From Welwitschia mirabilis (taxonomy: Eukaryota): 64,000 nucleotides of DNA. Shown piece after piece: positions 26,669-39,800 of the stretch; position 1 is the stretch's first letter, and each line of letters begins with the position of its first letter. A program made the translations under genes and the position numbers. Location: the NCBI GenBank assembly GCA_051453625.1, contig JBOZIK010000001.1, positions 10,484,550-10,548,549 of the forward strand, read 5' to 3'. The notes under the pieces were generated by a model. That model saw nothing but the letters and a program-made list of their open reading frames with translations, searched no databases and was not told the DNA's origin.

Positions 26669-27635
26669 TTCATGTGGCAATGAAATAGGGATTCTTTGAT
26701 TTCTTATTATTTTTCCTTATGTTGGAGCACTTATTTACCATATGACTAAATCCTTTGCATGAGTAGCATTGGATATCTTTACCTTTTTCTTTGTCCTTTT
26801 TGTGTTTCAGATAACTCCTTTTTGAATTTCTACTTGATTCTCCTTCCTTTTTCTTCTTATGTAAAAATTTTCTGAGGATTCTAGCTAGAAGAGCCACTTC
26901 ATCATCATTCAAGTCCTCATCTGATCTTTCAAATCTATAGTCTTCCGATACATATTTTAAAGCAATACTTTCTTCTTATCTTTAACAAATTTAAACTCAT
27001 AGTTTTGAAATTACCTTGTAGTTCTTCTAATGCCATCGCATTTATGTTTTTACTCTTCTTGATGGCTATGACATTTGATTCAAATCTCTTAAGTAGGATC
27101 TCAAGACTTTCTTTACCACCTTTCCTTGATCCAAGAGTTCTCTAAGTCTTGCCATAGAGTTTACGATATCAATGAGTCTAGCGAAAAATTTCTACAAGAT
27201 CTCTTCTTCATCCATATAGATGTCTTCAAATTTTGAAATAAGCATCTAAAGTTTAGCTTGTTTTACAATTGAGATTACTTCATGTGCTACTTCAAAAATG
27301 TACCAAGCTTTCTTAGCATGATTACAGATTACTATGCATTTAAACTCATCTACACAGACTGCATAAACTATGGCATTAAGAGCATAAACATCTGTGATGG
27401 CTTTTGACTTATGAGTGGAGGTCCATTGATCTCAGGCTTTGGGAACTAAAATAGTGTTACTGTTGACTTTAGTTTGAGTTAGCATAGGCACAGTGTAATC
27501 TTTATAAATGACTTCTTCTATGTTGGCATCTAAATATCTAAGAAATATTTTCATTCTGGCTTTTCAATAAGCATAGTTTGACTCATCAAACATAGGTGGA
27601 TAACTAGAGGAAAAACCATTAAATGGATTACTCAT
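25554..27635 (-). pseudogene. Sirevirus gag-protease, degenerate, ending before integrase
   Basis: ATG at 27635 (MSNPFNGFSSSYPPMFDESNYAY), zinc knuckle CYSCKGFSHMVNKC near 26730-26770, protease YLDSRFSRHMS near 25935-25965, then DVLYVNGLKHNLLRISQL. Confidence 0.9.
26636..26667. repeat. (TCA)n microsatellite, encoding poly-Asp in gag on the minus strand
   Basis: About 11 TCA units are visible. Confidence 0.9.
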
Positions 27636-27686
27636 TTTAGGATTCTAAAGTTAATATTGATTAAAATATAAAAAATACTTAACTTA

Positions 27687-27698
27687 GCTCTGATACCA
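27687..27698 (-). promoter_or_regulatory. Primer binding site (tRNA-iMet)
   Basis: GCTCTGATACCA is the exact reverse complement of TGGTATCAGAGC and lies 2 nt from the LTR end at 27701. Confidence 0.95.
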
Positions 27699-27700
27699 AT

Positions 27701-29209
27701 TGATAGAATTGAGAACCCTAAAGGTGGGGTGAATAGGTTCTTAAAAATTATAACACAGTATTCTAAATTAAATCTAATATTAAATAGAAACTTGCACACA
27801 ATAAATAACTAATCAAAAATGTGCATGAAAAGAGAAATTAACAAAAGTAAATAAATACTAACTTAAAGCAAATAAATATCAAAAGGAAGCACACAATATT
27901 TATAGTGATTTGGGAAATCCCCTACTCGACTCTCGATGATCAGCTTATTCCCAACCTAGTTCTAGATCTTCGTTACTCCATCAAGTATTTTAGATTCACC
28001 TATAACCTTTATAAATAAACTTTTCCAAGCTTAGTCTCAACCTTTAAGAGCATTTTTCAAGGCTTAGTATCCACTTTTGAGTGGACTTTTCAAGGCTTAG
28101 TCTCAACTTTTTATAATATAAAATAGTGTTGTAATGATCCCAAATATGCATTGGATATTACTCATTCTTGATGTAATGGATATGATAAAGCTCTTCTACT
28201 GTAGATGTAAAATAGATGAAGCATAGGATCTAACCTGGAATGTAGAAATGATACAGATGATAGATCCTCCTGGTCAGAAGTATAAATACTAAGATACAAT
28301 AATGAATATTATAAGATTACAGTGCTCGTTCCTTAGATCCAATAGATTAGCACAATTAAAAATAGTTCCAAAAATATTTTATAGTCGTCTATCTCTTATC
28401 TATTTATTAGAAGGCTTTTAGGATTTATTACATTTGAAATGTGCTTATAATGGCTATAAACGGCTAGAAAATAACTACCTAATAGCTATGTAATGGATAT
28501 GTAACATTTAGAAAAAAATTTATTTTCATTCCATCCAGTCGACTCCATGAAAATTTGGTTAACCCCATGTGGTACCATGAGTTACATAGGTCACTTGAGG
28601 GAGAAATTTGGTTGCCCCAATTTCTTATAGCTCCCTATCTGGTTAACCCCCTCTAGATCCTGTTGACCCTAGTCTAGTCACCTGTTATTCATCTGGTCAC
28701 CCACTCCTCTGATAAAATTACTTTTTAGTTTTTTGCATTGAGCTTAGTCATCCCCTTCAGGTGTCTGGTTAACCCTATGATGATGGCTCAAGTGTACCAA
28801 CTGCACAGTGCTTAGGTCTGGTTGACTCCATCATAGGTCTAGTCGATCCTTTGTTATTTAGTTTGGGGATACTATTTATGAGATCCTTAAATCTAGTTAA
28901 TCCCATACAGATCTAGTTGACCCCTTGACATTTAATTCAGGGACATTGGTTCTTAAGGTTATAGGTCTAATTAACCTCATCAAAAATCTAATTGACCCCT
29001 CTGGATTTAGTTCATTTTCTATCTGCTTTAAGTGTGGTCCATCCCATCTTAAGGATAGATGAACTTATAGGTTTCTAGTACTTAAAAGTTAATGATTTTA
29101 GTTCTATCTTTTAATCTATAAATGATTTAACATTTTTTACACAAGATATAAAAAATTCTCTATGCAAAAAACATTAGTTTAACATCAATTGGCAAAACAT
29201 AATCCAACA
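27701..29209 (-). repeat. Sirevirus 5' LTR with repeated palindromic motifs
   Basis: TG...CA termini, a TATA-like site near 28400-28410, and about 15 copies of CTGGTCGACCCC-like motifs at 28530-29000. Confidence 0.88.
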
Positions 29210-30646
29210 CAAACTACTTTTAGTAGGCTCACTATCACACTCTACTTGATAGATATAATGTGTTATTATATGTCAACTAACTACTCTTCAAAAAGTGCTG
29301 AACTCTCATCTCAATCACTTGGAACCTCTACTCTAGTATCTGAATCTTTTGATTAAGTGTCTAAATACCTCTATCAAAAAAATTTTTAATGGTCTTAGTG
29401 ATCTCTACCAAGAGTATCTGGATCTGCTTTAATAATGCTCCAACTGTAGGTCTTTAAACTTGAGGTCTTTCTGCCTCTCCTAGTATTTGCATACTCATGT
29501 CCTAAAGATAGCAAGTGAAAGTCTAAATATGCATAAAGCACTAATTATCTATAATCTCTAGTATTCCAAACCATTAAAACATGGCATAGAGAAGGCATGA
29601 ATATCTCAGATTCTATAGCTACTATGCCTTGATGATAGACTTAAGTCTCCTCTATATTAACATCAATAAGACCATCTACTTTTCCTACCTAAATATTAGA
29701 AATATTTGAAGGTGTAAAATATGGTATAACTATTATAAAGAAATGGGCTAATATTGTGAATCATCCCTTGGTGTAAAACTTTATAGGCTAAAGTGAACTA
29801 AGTCATAAGAATACTCTGCCTATCCAATGTCAAGTTTGTTGTAATGTCTAGTGATGCACCATATGTACAGTGATCCTCTCTACCATTAGAAAAATGACTA
29901 TGTAAGCTTCCAATACCACTTAGATATTTAACTAATTCAATGTGGTTTGAGAGCACTACCATCTCGTGGTCTTACATCAATGCTATAACATATCCATTTG
30001 GTGACCATGAAAATTAGATCGTTACTCTATGTGCATCATGTCATAAAATTCCCTAGTCTTTGATACATAGTATGTCTCATGTGCATCCAAAATCTAATGG
30101 AGTTTGAAATTAGAGAACCTCTGATTGACCTTTGACTTTACTCTACTCATAAAGTCTCTGAAGTATTTCTTAATATAGATGGTAGTATTATGAATCGTAA
30201 GTGAACGTTTGTGTTAAGGTAGGGATGCATAAGCTTCACATGCTCTACCTCTAGTGGTATTAATGGACCTACCTCCTACTCTATGACATTGGCATCAATC
30301 TTAACTTGTATAGCTCTATGTGTATAGGGCATATTCAGTCAAAAATATATAGAAAGTTATATGAGATCTAATAGACAAAGCTAAATACATCACGTGGATG
30401 TTAAAAATGACCCTCAAAATTGATTAAAAAATGTAGAAAATTATGAAAATATGTCCTAATTCTTCTATAAGTATCACTACATTTCATATTGCCTAGTCAT
30501 GAGAAGAAAATTTCAAAATGGATAAAAAATGAAAAATAATTTTTTAAGTGAGTCCCACATAAGGTGAAAATTCAAAGTACTCAAATGTAAAATCCAATTT
30601 GGCAGAGATATAAAACATGTTTAACTAATTAATTTACCCTAAAGGG
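29210..30646 (-). mobile_element. Athila-like fragment (copy F) carrying the extra 3' ORF, homologous to about 59350-60655
   Basis: Shares CCTTATGTGGG.CT.ACTTAA and GACTTTATGAGT with copy B. ATG at 30332 (MPYTHRAIQ), with LH*ILDAHETYYVSKTREFYDMMHIE further on. Confidence 0.8.
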
Positions 30647-30746
30647 NNNNNNNNNNNNNNNNNNNNNNNNNNNNNNNNNNNNNNNNNNNNNNNNNNNNNN
30701 NNNNNNNNNNNNNNNNNNNNNNNNNNNNNNNNNNNNNNNNNNNNNN

Positions 30747-31122
30747 CCGTTTGGTCAACCCCTCAAAAGTCCAATCGACCCCATTTGATGTTGTGACTTA
30801 CATAAGTCGCTTAAATAAAAATTTTATTTACCTCAATTTCTTATGGCTTCATGTCCAATCGACCCCATTTGGGTCCAGTCGACCCCAGTCTAGTTGCCCG
30901 CTACAAAACTCGGTCACCTGCTTAATCTGATAAAATTCTTTCTAGTTTTTAGCATTTAGCTCAGTCGATCCCTTTAGGTATCTGGTTGATTCCATGATGA
31001 TCAGCTTAGGAGTATCAACTGCACAGTGCTCAAGTCTAATTGATCCCTTCATAGATCTAGTCGATCCTATCATAGGTCTGGTTGACTCATTATCATTTAG
31101 TCCAAGGATATTGTTTATTAGA
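30747..31122 (-). repeat. Second Sirevirus LTR fragment between gaps
   Basis: Aligns with about 28540-28880 (TCTGATAAAATT, CAACTGCACAGTGCT, GTCGACCCC motifs) but is clearly diverged. Confidence 0.85.
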
Positions 31123-32089
31123 NNNNNNNNNNNNNNNNNNNNNNNNNNNNNNNNNNNNNNNNNNNNNNNNNNNNNNNNNNNNNNNNNNNNNNNNNNNNNN
31201 NNNNNNNNNNNNNNNNNNNNNNNNNNNNNNNNNNNNNNNNNNNNNNNNNNNNNNNNNNNNNNNNNNNNNNNNNNNNNNNNNNNNNNNNNNNNNNNNNNNN
31301 NNNNNNNNNNNNNNNNNNNNNNNNNNNNNNNNNNNNNNNNNNNNNNNNNNNNNNNNNNNNNNNNNNNNNNNNNNNNNNNNNNNNNNNNNNNNNNNNNNNN
31401 NNNNNNNNNNNNNNNNNNNNNNNNNNNNNNNNNNNNNNNNNNNNNNNNNNNNNNNNNNNNNNNNNNNNNNNNNNNNNNNNNNNNNNNNNNNNNNNNNNNN
31501 NNNNNNNNNNNNNNNNNNNNNNNNNNNNNNNNNNNNNNNNNNNNNNNNNNNNNNNNNNNNNNNNNNNNNNNNNNNNNNNNNNNNNNNNNNNNNNNNNNNN
31601 NNNNNNNNNNNNNNNNNNNNNNNNNNNNNNNNNNNNNNNNNNNNNNNNNNNNNNNNNNNNNNNNNNNNNNNNNNNNNNNNNNNNNNNNNNNNNNNNNNNN
31701 NNNNNNNNNNNNNNNNNNNNNNNNNNNNNNNNNNNNNNNNNNNNNNNNNNNNNNNNNNNNNNNNNNNNNNNNNNNNNNNNNNNNNNNNNNNNNNNNNNNN
31801 NNNNNNNNNNNNNNNNNNNNNNNNNNNNNNNNNNNNNNNNNNNNNNNNNNNNNNNNNNNNNNNNNNNNNNNNNNNNNNNNNNNNNNNNNNNNNNNNNNNN
31901 NNNNNNNNNNNNNNNNNNNNNNNNNNNNNNNNNNNNNNNNNNNNNNNNNNNNNNNNNNNNNNNNNNNNNNNNNNNNNNNNNNNNNNNNNNNNNNNNNNNT
32001 ATCTTTAGTAGTCGCCCAATGCTAGAAAATCTCTGCAAAATAACTAACTCCATAAAAACTCATTAATTGATCAATGACAATAGATTCTT

Positions 32090-32663
32090 TCAACACGAGG
32101 GTTATTTGGAAAAGTGCTATGGTAGATCAGTTTCTTATACAATGGTTATCTAAATAACCATTGGGTTAGATTAGCTAATATTTTATATTTTTTAATTAAT
32201 AAATATCTTTCACAAGGATTACTTAGATAATGGCTATATAAGAAACTCATTTAACATAAAGGTTTTTCAAATAACCATTATGTAAGAGGTTGAGATAACA
32301 TAGGATTATTTAGATAATCATCATGCAAGAGGCTGATCTAACACGAGATTATTTGAATAATCACCATTTAAGCTTATGATCCAAAATAGTGGTTACTTGG
32401 ATAACAGTCATGTAAGAGGCTGAACTACCATGGGGGTATGTAGATAACCATCTATAAGATGCTAATCTAACCTAAGAATACTTGGATAACTACTATATAA
32501 GAGGTTGATCTACCATGGAGGTTATTATAACCATCATAATTTCTGTTAATGAAATACGATGATTAGATAGGCAATGGTTTTTTTAGACCATTATGATAGG
32601 TTTATATGATGGTTTTCATGTCTTTTATAGTGATTTTTAACCATCATCGTATTTATGGTAGGT
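32090..32663. mobile_element. CACTA-like right end: about 43-bp subterminal tandem repeats and a decayed TIR
   Basis: ATAACCATCATGTAAGAGGCTGATCTAACACGAGGTTATTTGG-like units at 32270-32540, ATGATGGTTTT/AACCATCAT motifs, and TATTTATGGTAGGT matching the reverse complement of the 13938 TIR at 10 of 14 positions. Confidence 0.55.
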
Positions 32664-35600
32664 AATTCTTTACATCAAATCCTAAGATTTATTGAGATTG
32701 TTTTCTTCAAATTAATCATGTGCATTAGTTTTGCTTTATTATTGTTGCTTTGTATTAGTTGATATTTGTTTTTATATATTATATACTATTTATAGTACAT
32801 AACACTATCAATTTTATCAACTATAGTTGCTATAAATTTATTTATGATTTTTTGTATTCTTCATATAATCAAAGAATAAATTTTAAAAATGGAAGCATAA
32901 CTTGAGCATATTATAAATTATTAAATATTAAGAATAAAATTATTTTTATTTTTATAATTCTAGTATTTTATTAAGATCATGAAAATATGAAAGTACTTAT
33001 ACTTAATGAACTTTTAAAATTACTTTATGAAAATAACTTGAAAAAAAAGAAAATGGCAAGCATTTAGTTTTATTGTATAAAATTCATATTTAATATTTTA
33101 TTAAATATGTCTAGGCTAGATTATAGATAATTTTATAATATTTTCGAATATTTCTGAATCACTTAAACATTTAAAGAAATTAAAGTGTTATGGCCCTTTT
33201 AATGTAGTATGGAATCATAACTCTAAAACTTTTCACAATTTTAACACTTACATGATGTTAAAAGATATATTTATAGGAATATACATTTAATAAAGTTAAT
33301 TTATGTACATCTTAGTATGTGTCTTAGTTTAAGTAGAATTAACACAATCTAATTTTATGTCTATAAATAATTAAGTATTAATTTTTAGTTATGATATCTT
33401 TTAAAAGTAAAAAATATTTCAAATTAATGTTATTAATTTTATAAGTGCATCTAATAAAATTATACTAATAGTTTGGGATTATAAGATGAATACTAGTTAA
33501 AATAATTTTCTTTTACATCATTTTTGTTGAATATTTCTTGGAAAATTACAAGTGACGTGTTTCTTATTAAAGTCTTTATTCTTAAATAATAATTAAAATT
33601 CTTATTTAAAATAAGTTAAATTTGACTATTTATTTAATGAAGGAATCTTTTTACTTTCATTTTAAACTAATGATATTATTAATCCTTTCCACATATATAA
33701 AAAACCTACTTTTTCTTTAATGCTTACTTCTATTTTAACACACACACTTGGAAATTCATGCAGTTTTTACTTTAGCACTTTACTTAATTTAGCTAGTTAT
33801 TTTATTTTTTTATCCCTTTTATTCATCTTATAGTTACATGAATTTTAAATGTACATTATGTGTTATTACCCTTATTTAATTCTATATTTACTCTCATTTA
33901 TTCTTAAGCATATTATAATAAAATTGCTAATTAAATATGGGAAAAGGAGCTTTTAAGGTGGCAAAGTTTTATACATAGAAAGTTTTTATTTCCAAATATA
34001 ACTTCAAAATTAGTTTGTAATTTATTTTGATGGTAGTATTATGTAAATAAGAAATAAAAATAATTTGTTTCTATAAACTTAATTTACAGTACCCTATTTT
34101 CAAATGTAAATATCTTTTAGTCTGCCTAATGAACTTATACATATTTTTATTTTTACAATGATTTTTTTAATAAATAAATCCAATAAGATTAGAATTATTT
34201 TCTTTGATAGATTATTAACTCGATACTCACATCAAATATTATTATATTAATGTGTTTGTATATTGTATTCATTAACTAATAACTAAACCAAGATAATCCT
34301 AATAATATCATTCTCATATATGGATTTCATCATTAAGATCCATTGCATTGTATTTCTTATGTAACAATTTTAAAAGTGGATTTAATCACCACTCTCCTAC
34401 CCTACCCAAGTACAAACTTGTTTTGACTTAATATCTTAAGCCCTTGATATTGAAGGATTTCGCTAGACTATCTTGAGATGTTTTAAAGAAGAAAGGATCA
34501 GTTGTAAACTTTCATCCATGTCGCGTATTACCTATTACCTTTTTGTTGTTCTATTGAGTTGATGTTTAGGCATATAGAATTGAGAAAAATCATGTTTGTT
34601 ATAGTTTAGAATCTAAAGTAGAATCAATTCATGTTACGATCATGACTAAATATCAAGTTGAAATGTCATTAATCAAAGTTGCAATCTCTTATTATATTGA
34701 TTAAGATTTATCCTAAGCCTATATTCCTATATGTATTATAATAAGTTTACATCTCATTAATCATATAGAGTATATCTCTAAGTAGGGAAAAAAAAGACTA
34801 AGAATAAACATGGAAGACTAAATTATGACAATGTTATTATTTACAAACTAAAATCATCTCTAATTAATTCCATAAGAAATTATTGGATATTCTACTTTTG
34901 CAAAAATTATATAAATATACTATTAAATTAAAAAATGGATTTTAGAATCTTCTAAGCATTTTAAATAATTAAATACAAGAAAAAAATTATGATTAATTAG
35001 GTCATTTAAGTTGGAGTATTTAATAATAATAGTAAACCTTGGATTAACTTAAATCACATCTATTTTAACTACTTACATTAATTTCTAACATTTTATAATG
35101 TTATAGATTTGTAAAGGTATTGAGACACATATAAAGAGGATAGCTAATAATGAAGTGAATTATGTTCATAATAACTCCAATTTCTAAATAATCTTAATTC
35201 ATAATCATGTCTTTAAATAACTTTTCTCCTTATAAATAAGAGTAATGATCATTTAAGTGAATCACAATTTATCTAAAGAATTTAGAATAATTTAAATTTT
35301 TACTTATAAAACCCATGACCTTATGTAATACACTAGGGAGCTTGGCTGTTTCACAAGAAACATAAGTAAATAAATAAAAAGGACTAATGCCAATATATGT
35401 CTTTAAAAGTAATCAACTTTCTAATCATTTTAGGTTAATTATGTGTTTAATATTATATTATAGTTCTTCCAAAACTTTTTAATTAGGTGATCATATATCG
35501 TTAAAGGATATCCTCTATTATTAACTTATAAATCTGATAAATCATATCCATTTAAAAGAAAGAAATATGATCATCCTAATTGTTTACTTTAATTTAGATA

Positions 35601-36899
35601 ACAATTGAATACATTAGTAAGAATTTATTACCTAATGTTGATAAAAACATATTTATTAAGATATATATAATTATTAGTTATAATATTTATTCTATTATCA
35701 ATGTAATCTCATAATATTTTCTACTTCTTATAGATAACACATTATTATTAATTCAGTCTAGAGGTTAATTTAGTTTAAATAACTAATTAACTTCAAGACA
35801 ACTCATGAACCAGTTAATGACATAATGATGGGAATTGACCTTCATTTAATTCTTTGTCTATGATTATTAATAAATGCATTCATGTAGTTTCTATAATAAA
35901 TAGCAAGTTAAAATCAAAACCTGTAAGTAATTAATGGTGATAGTCAATCTAGTGAAAAATTAGATATAAATAAGTTGATTCAAATCTTTATTTACTTAAA
36001 TCAACAAAATTTTAAATAAGGTTTAGATCGCTCTATTACAAAATCATGATTAAGTAATGCTAAAACAACTACAAGAACCTTTAGATGTGATGAATATGAA
36101 AGAAGAATTTAGCTATTTACATGTTACAGGAAGAAGATAACCTAATAAAAATGATAACTTTAGGAGATTTGAAACTTTTAGAAGATAAATTAAGTGTATT
36201 TCTAATAGAAAGTATACTACCAAATTTTATATTCATCAAAAGGTTACTAAATTTTACAAACTAAGACAAGATTCTAAAGTGATCATAGCTTCTCATAAAT
36301 GCAAAATTATGAAATTATTAAGATATTTGTTACATTCAAATTTGGATGAGCAAGCCAAAATAAATCTTTTTACTACTACTATTATTTCTTTTATTACTAC
36401 TAAAGTATCCATGTTTTAATCCAAAATATTAATTGAGTCCATAGAGAAAGTAGAGATAGTAAAATAAAATTTAAAAAGGTAATTAAAAAAAAGGAACAAT
36501 TTCATCTTAAAGGTCACGGATTCAAGGGAAATCATTACATATGTCTGATTGAAAAAATAATTAGTATTTTAACAAAAATAACATCTATGATAATACCAAA
36601 AAAAATAAGAACTTCAAATAACATAGACATACACCATTCAAGAGAAATGAAATGTTTCTTATTAGATTTATATGAGCAATCATCTATAAAGATCTAATTT
36701 TTAGTAAATGCCTAGTTAAAATTAGAATTAGAATCAATCTAGTAATGGAATGTAATTCTTTAATTATAAAGGAAATCACAATGTTAAATACTATTTACTA
36801 CTTATTAAGAATTATTCTAGATAAAAATTAGTATATTATTAAAAATCGCAAACCGTTTAGTACCTACTAGAATAGATTTAAGTAATAAATAAAATTTTT

Positions 36900-39800
36900 A
36901 ATTCTAATTTAATAGATAGTGCTTTATTTAAGAATAAATAAGCAATTATGTTATGTTATTATAAATAATTTCATTACTTCATATCTCATAAAGTTATTTT
37001 AAAAGAAAAATTCTATTATGCTTTAATTAAAGGATGCATAGGACTTACTATTGAAAAATAGATGAGTAAAAATCATGAGTAAGATTCTTCCAAAATTAAA
37101 TCCTTATTTCTCCATAATACTCTCCATTTCTTATTACAAGGAAGAGCTTTATTTTAAAGGAAAATTTGTCATTAATGTTTTTACTATGGTTTTGATGTCC
37201 TCCTAGGTTATGATCACGGTGTATAAATAAACCTTAATAATTCCCCTCTTAAATGAAAATATGCTCTCTTCCAAGGAAAAAATAGAGTAGCTTGATGAAA
37301 ATGTTGGAAATGTGACCTATAATAAACTCTCCTTAAAGGAGTTTCCATGTAAGAAAACTACTTCATTAAAGAAGTTTTCAATTTATTACTACACATCCTG
37401 TAGTAGTAGGACTATCATGTGCATTACACATCCCATAATTCTAGCCCAACAATGTACTACACATCTTTCAGTACTAATCCATAGTTGTACTACACATCCT
37501 ATAGTATTAGGATTAGGATTTACTTCTAATAATAACCTAAAAGTCAAATAACATCCATAATATATAAGAAAAAACATGAGTTTAAATCAACTCACTATCA
37601 ATTCAATTTTGGATTAGAAGTGTTAGAACTTCTCTTTACTAAGCAATTTAGTAAGGATATGAGCATTTTTCTTTAGAGTTAGATATTATATAGGTATAAG
37701 AACTTCATTTTATATGACTTCCCTAATTTTTTAAAACCTAATATGAAATTGTTTTATATTTTTATGGTGCACTAGATATTTTACTATTCAAATTGTTGAC
37801 TCACTATTGATGATAAGATTTGTTCCCTTAGTCTATTTTAAATTTACTACTTCTAATAATTTTCTTAATCATTTGATTTCACTATGTATCTTAGAAGCCA
37901 CTGCATATTATTTCTCAGTAAAAGAATTATGCTATATTTTTTTTTTCTATTTTAACCATCAAGGCAAGGGTAATATCTCTAAGAACATGATATACCCTAA
38001 TTCAATGAAATCAAACTTACAATATGCCTTTAAAAGAATTGAGAGTTTTTTTTCAAGACTAGATCTAAAGCTTTAGTCTTTAGATATTTTAATACTCTCT
38101 TTATAGTGTTTAGATGAGTTACATTGAATGCATGAAGATATCTTGATAATACACCAACAACATACGATATGTGTAATATACTATTGGTTATGTAAATTAG
38201 AATTTCTATTATTCTTTTGTATTTAGTTTTATTTGAAGATTCTAATTCTTCATCAATAGATATCTTAGCATTCTTCTCCAAATATTTTATAGCTTCATTT
38301 GCATTTTTTAGTCTAAACTTCTAGATCAAATATTTAATGTACTTCTTTTATGTTAATAAGATTCTATACTTTTTCTAAATTATTTCTACAGATAGGTATA
38401 ATCTAGTAAATATAAGATTAAAAATCTTGAAAGCCTTACTTCAGGTAATTTTTATTCTTTTTATATCTTCTTGATCACTTCTGGTTACTAGCATATCATC
38501 TACATATACCACTATGTATGTAGATTTTATGCCCACCATATTTTATGAACAATGTGGCATCCAAATTATGATAATCACATAATTTAAATTCAATGGAACT
38601 TAAATAATTTACAAACTTAATATACCAAACTCTTAATTCTTATTTTAAATCATATAAAGACTTGATCAATCTACACATCTTACATTTTTTGCTTTTTTCT
38701 TCAAACCCCTTTGGTTGCATCACATAAATTTCTTATTTTAAATATCTATTAAAAAAGGTAGTCTTTATGTCTAATTAATAGATCTTTCATCCTTTTTGTT
38801 CTACCAAGGCAATCACTATTCTGATAGTATCCCATTTTACTATTGGAGCAAAGACATTATAATCATGTCCTTTTTTTCTATCATAGGCCTACAATAATAA
38901 GTCAAGCTTTATGTCACTCAAGGGTATTGGCAACATTATATTTATTGTAGAAAAACCCATTTTTTAAATAATACTATATGGTTTAATGGGAAGTATACTA
39001 AATCCTGAGTACTATTTTTGATAAGACCATCATATTATTCTTGATGGAGTTTATTCAATTATCATGTTGAATGGCATTTTTAAATGAGGTTCATTCACCG
39101 TCAAATGTCAAAGTAAAGGTTATCATCATCATCTTCATAAGATGTATATCAGCCATGTCTTGTTACAATTTTACCCTTTTCCTCCTCCTGAGCATATTAA
39201 AGAGTAGACTATAACCTAGTAGTTTGATGTCATCTCTGAGTAGTATTATCATTTTTAGTAGGAAAACCTACTATATTACTACTGAAACAATGATTAAAGA
39301 TGCTAGAAGCATAAAATTGCTTAACTTCTATAGGTTGCAAAGTATATGTACCAATAGAAGGAACTAGAGCATTACTGGTGGCCATATCTCCCCCCTCAAC
39401 CATATGACATTGAGAATTCAATATGATCATTGGGTGAGAAGAACGATAAATTTTAAAGTATTAAGATGATAATAGTTGTTTGAAGTCTCTGAAAAGATGA
39501 CATCATGATAAAAAATAATCCTATGATGATCTGGTAAATACACTCAATAATCTTTCTAGTCAACTAGAAATCCCATAAAGATGATGATGCAAGCATGTTC
39601 TCTAAATTTTTCCTGATGTTCACTTGGAAAATGAACATAGCACTTGAAACAAAAAACATGAAAACAATTTAACTTTAGCTTGTAACCATATAACTTTTCA
39701 TCTATAGATACTCCTTTTTTAGTACCTTTATTAATAAAATTATTAAGATGTATTGCTGTATTCACTACTTCACCTCAAAAATAGGTCTTATGACCACTAA

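Larger units (their letters stand above)
17990..29209 (-). mobile_element. Ty1/Copia Sirevirus (SIRE) element, non-autonomous (gag-PR plus env-like ORF, no IN/RT/RH), interrupted at about 18524-24485; 3' LTR not found
   Basis: LTR 27701-29209 (TGTTGG...CA, with the GGGGTGAATAGG end motif), PBS-Met, SIRE-type gag PPMFDESNYAY*KARMKIFL, and a SIRE-like PPT TGATGTCAAAAGGAGGAGAA at 18061-18080. Confidence 0.85.

Noticed and set aside
30994..32053. Long ORFs in the track (also 7057-7540 and 21815-22421)
   Set aside because: They are artefacts of translation through N gaps.
32670..36900. Host gene or Helitron in the very AT-rich stretch
   Set aside because: No ORF, exon chain or diagnostic terminus is visible; left unclassified.
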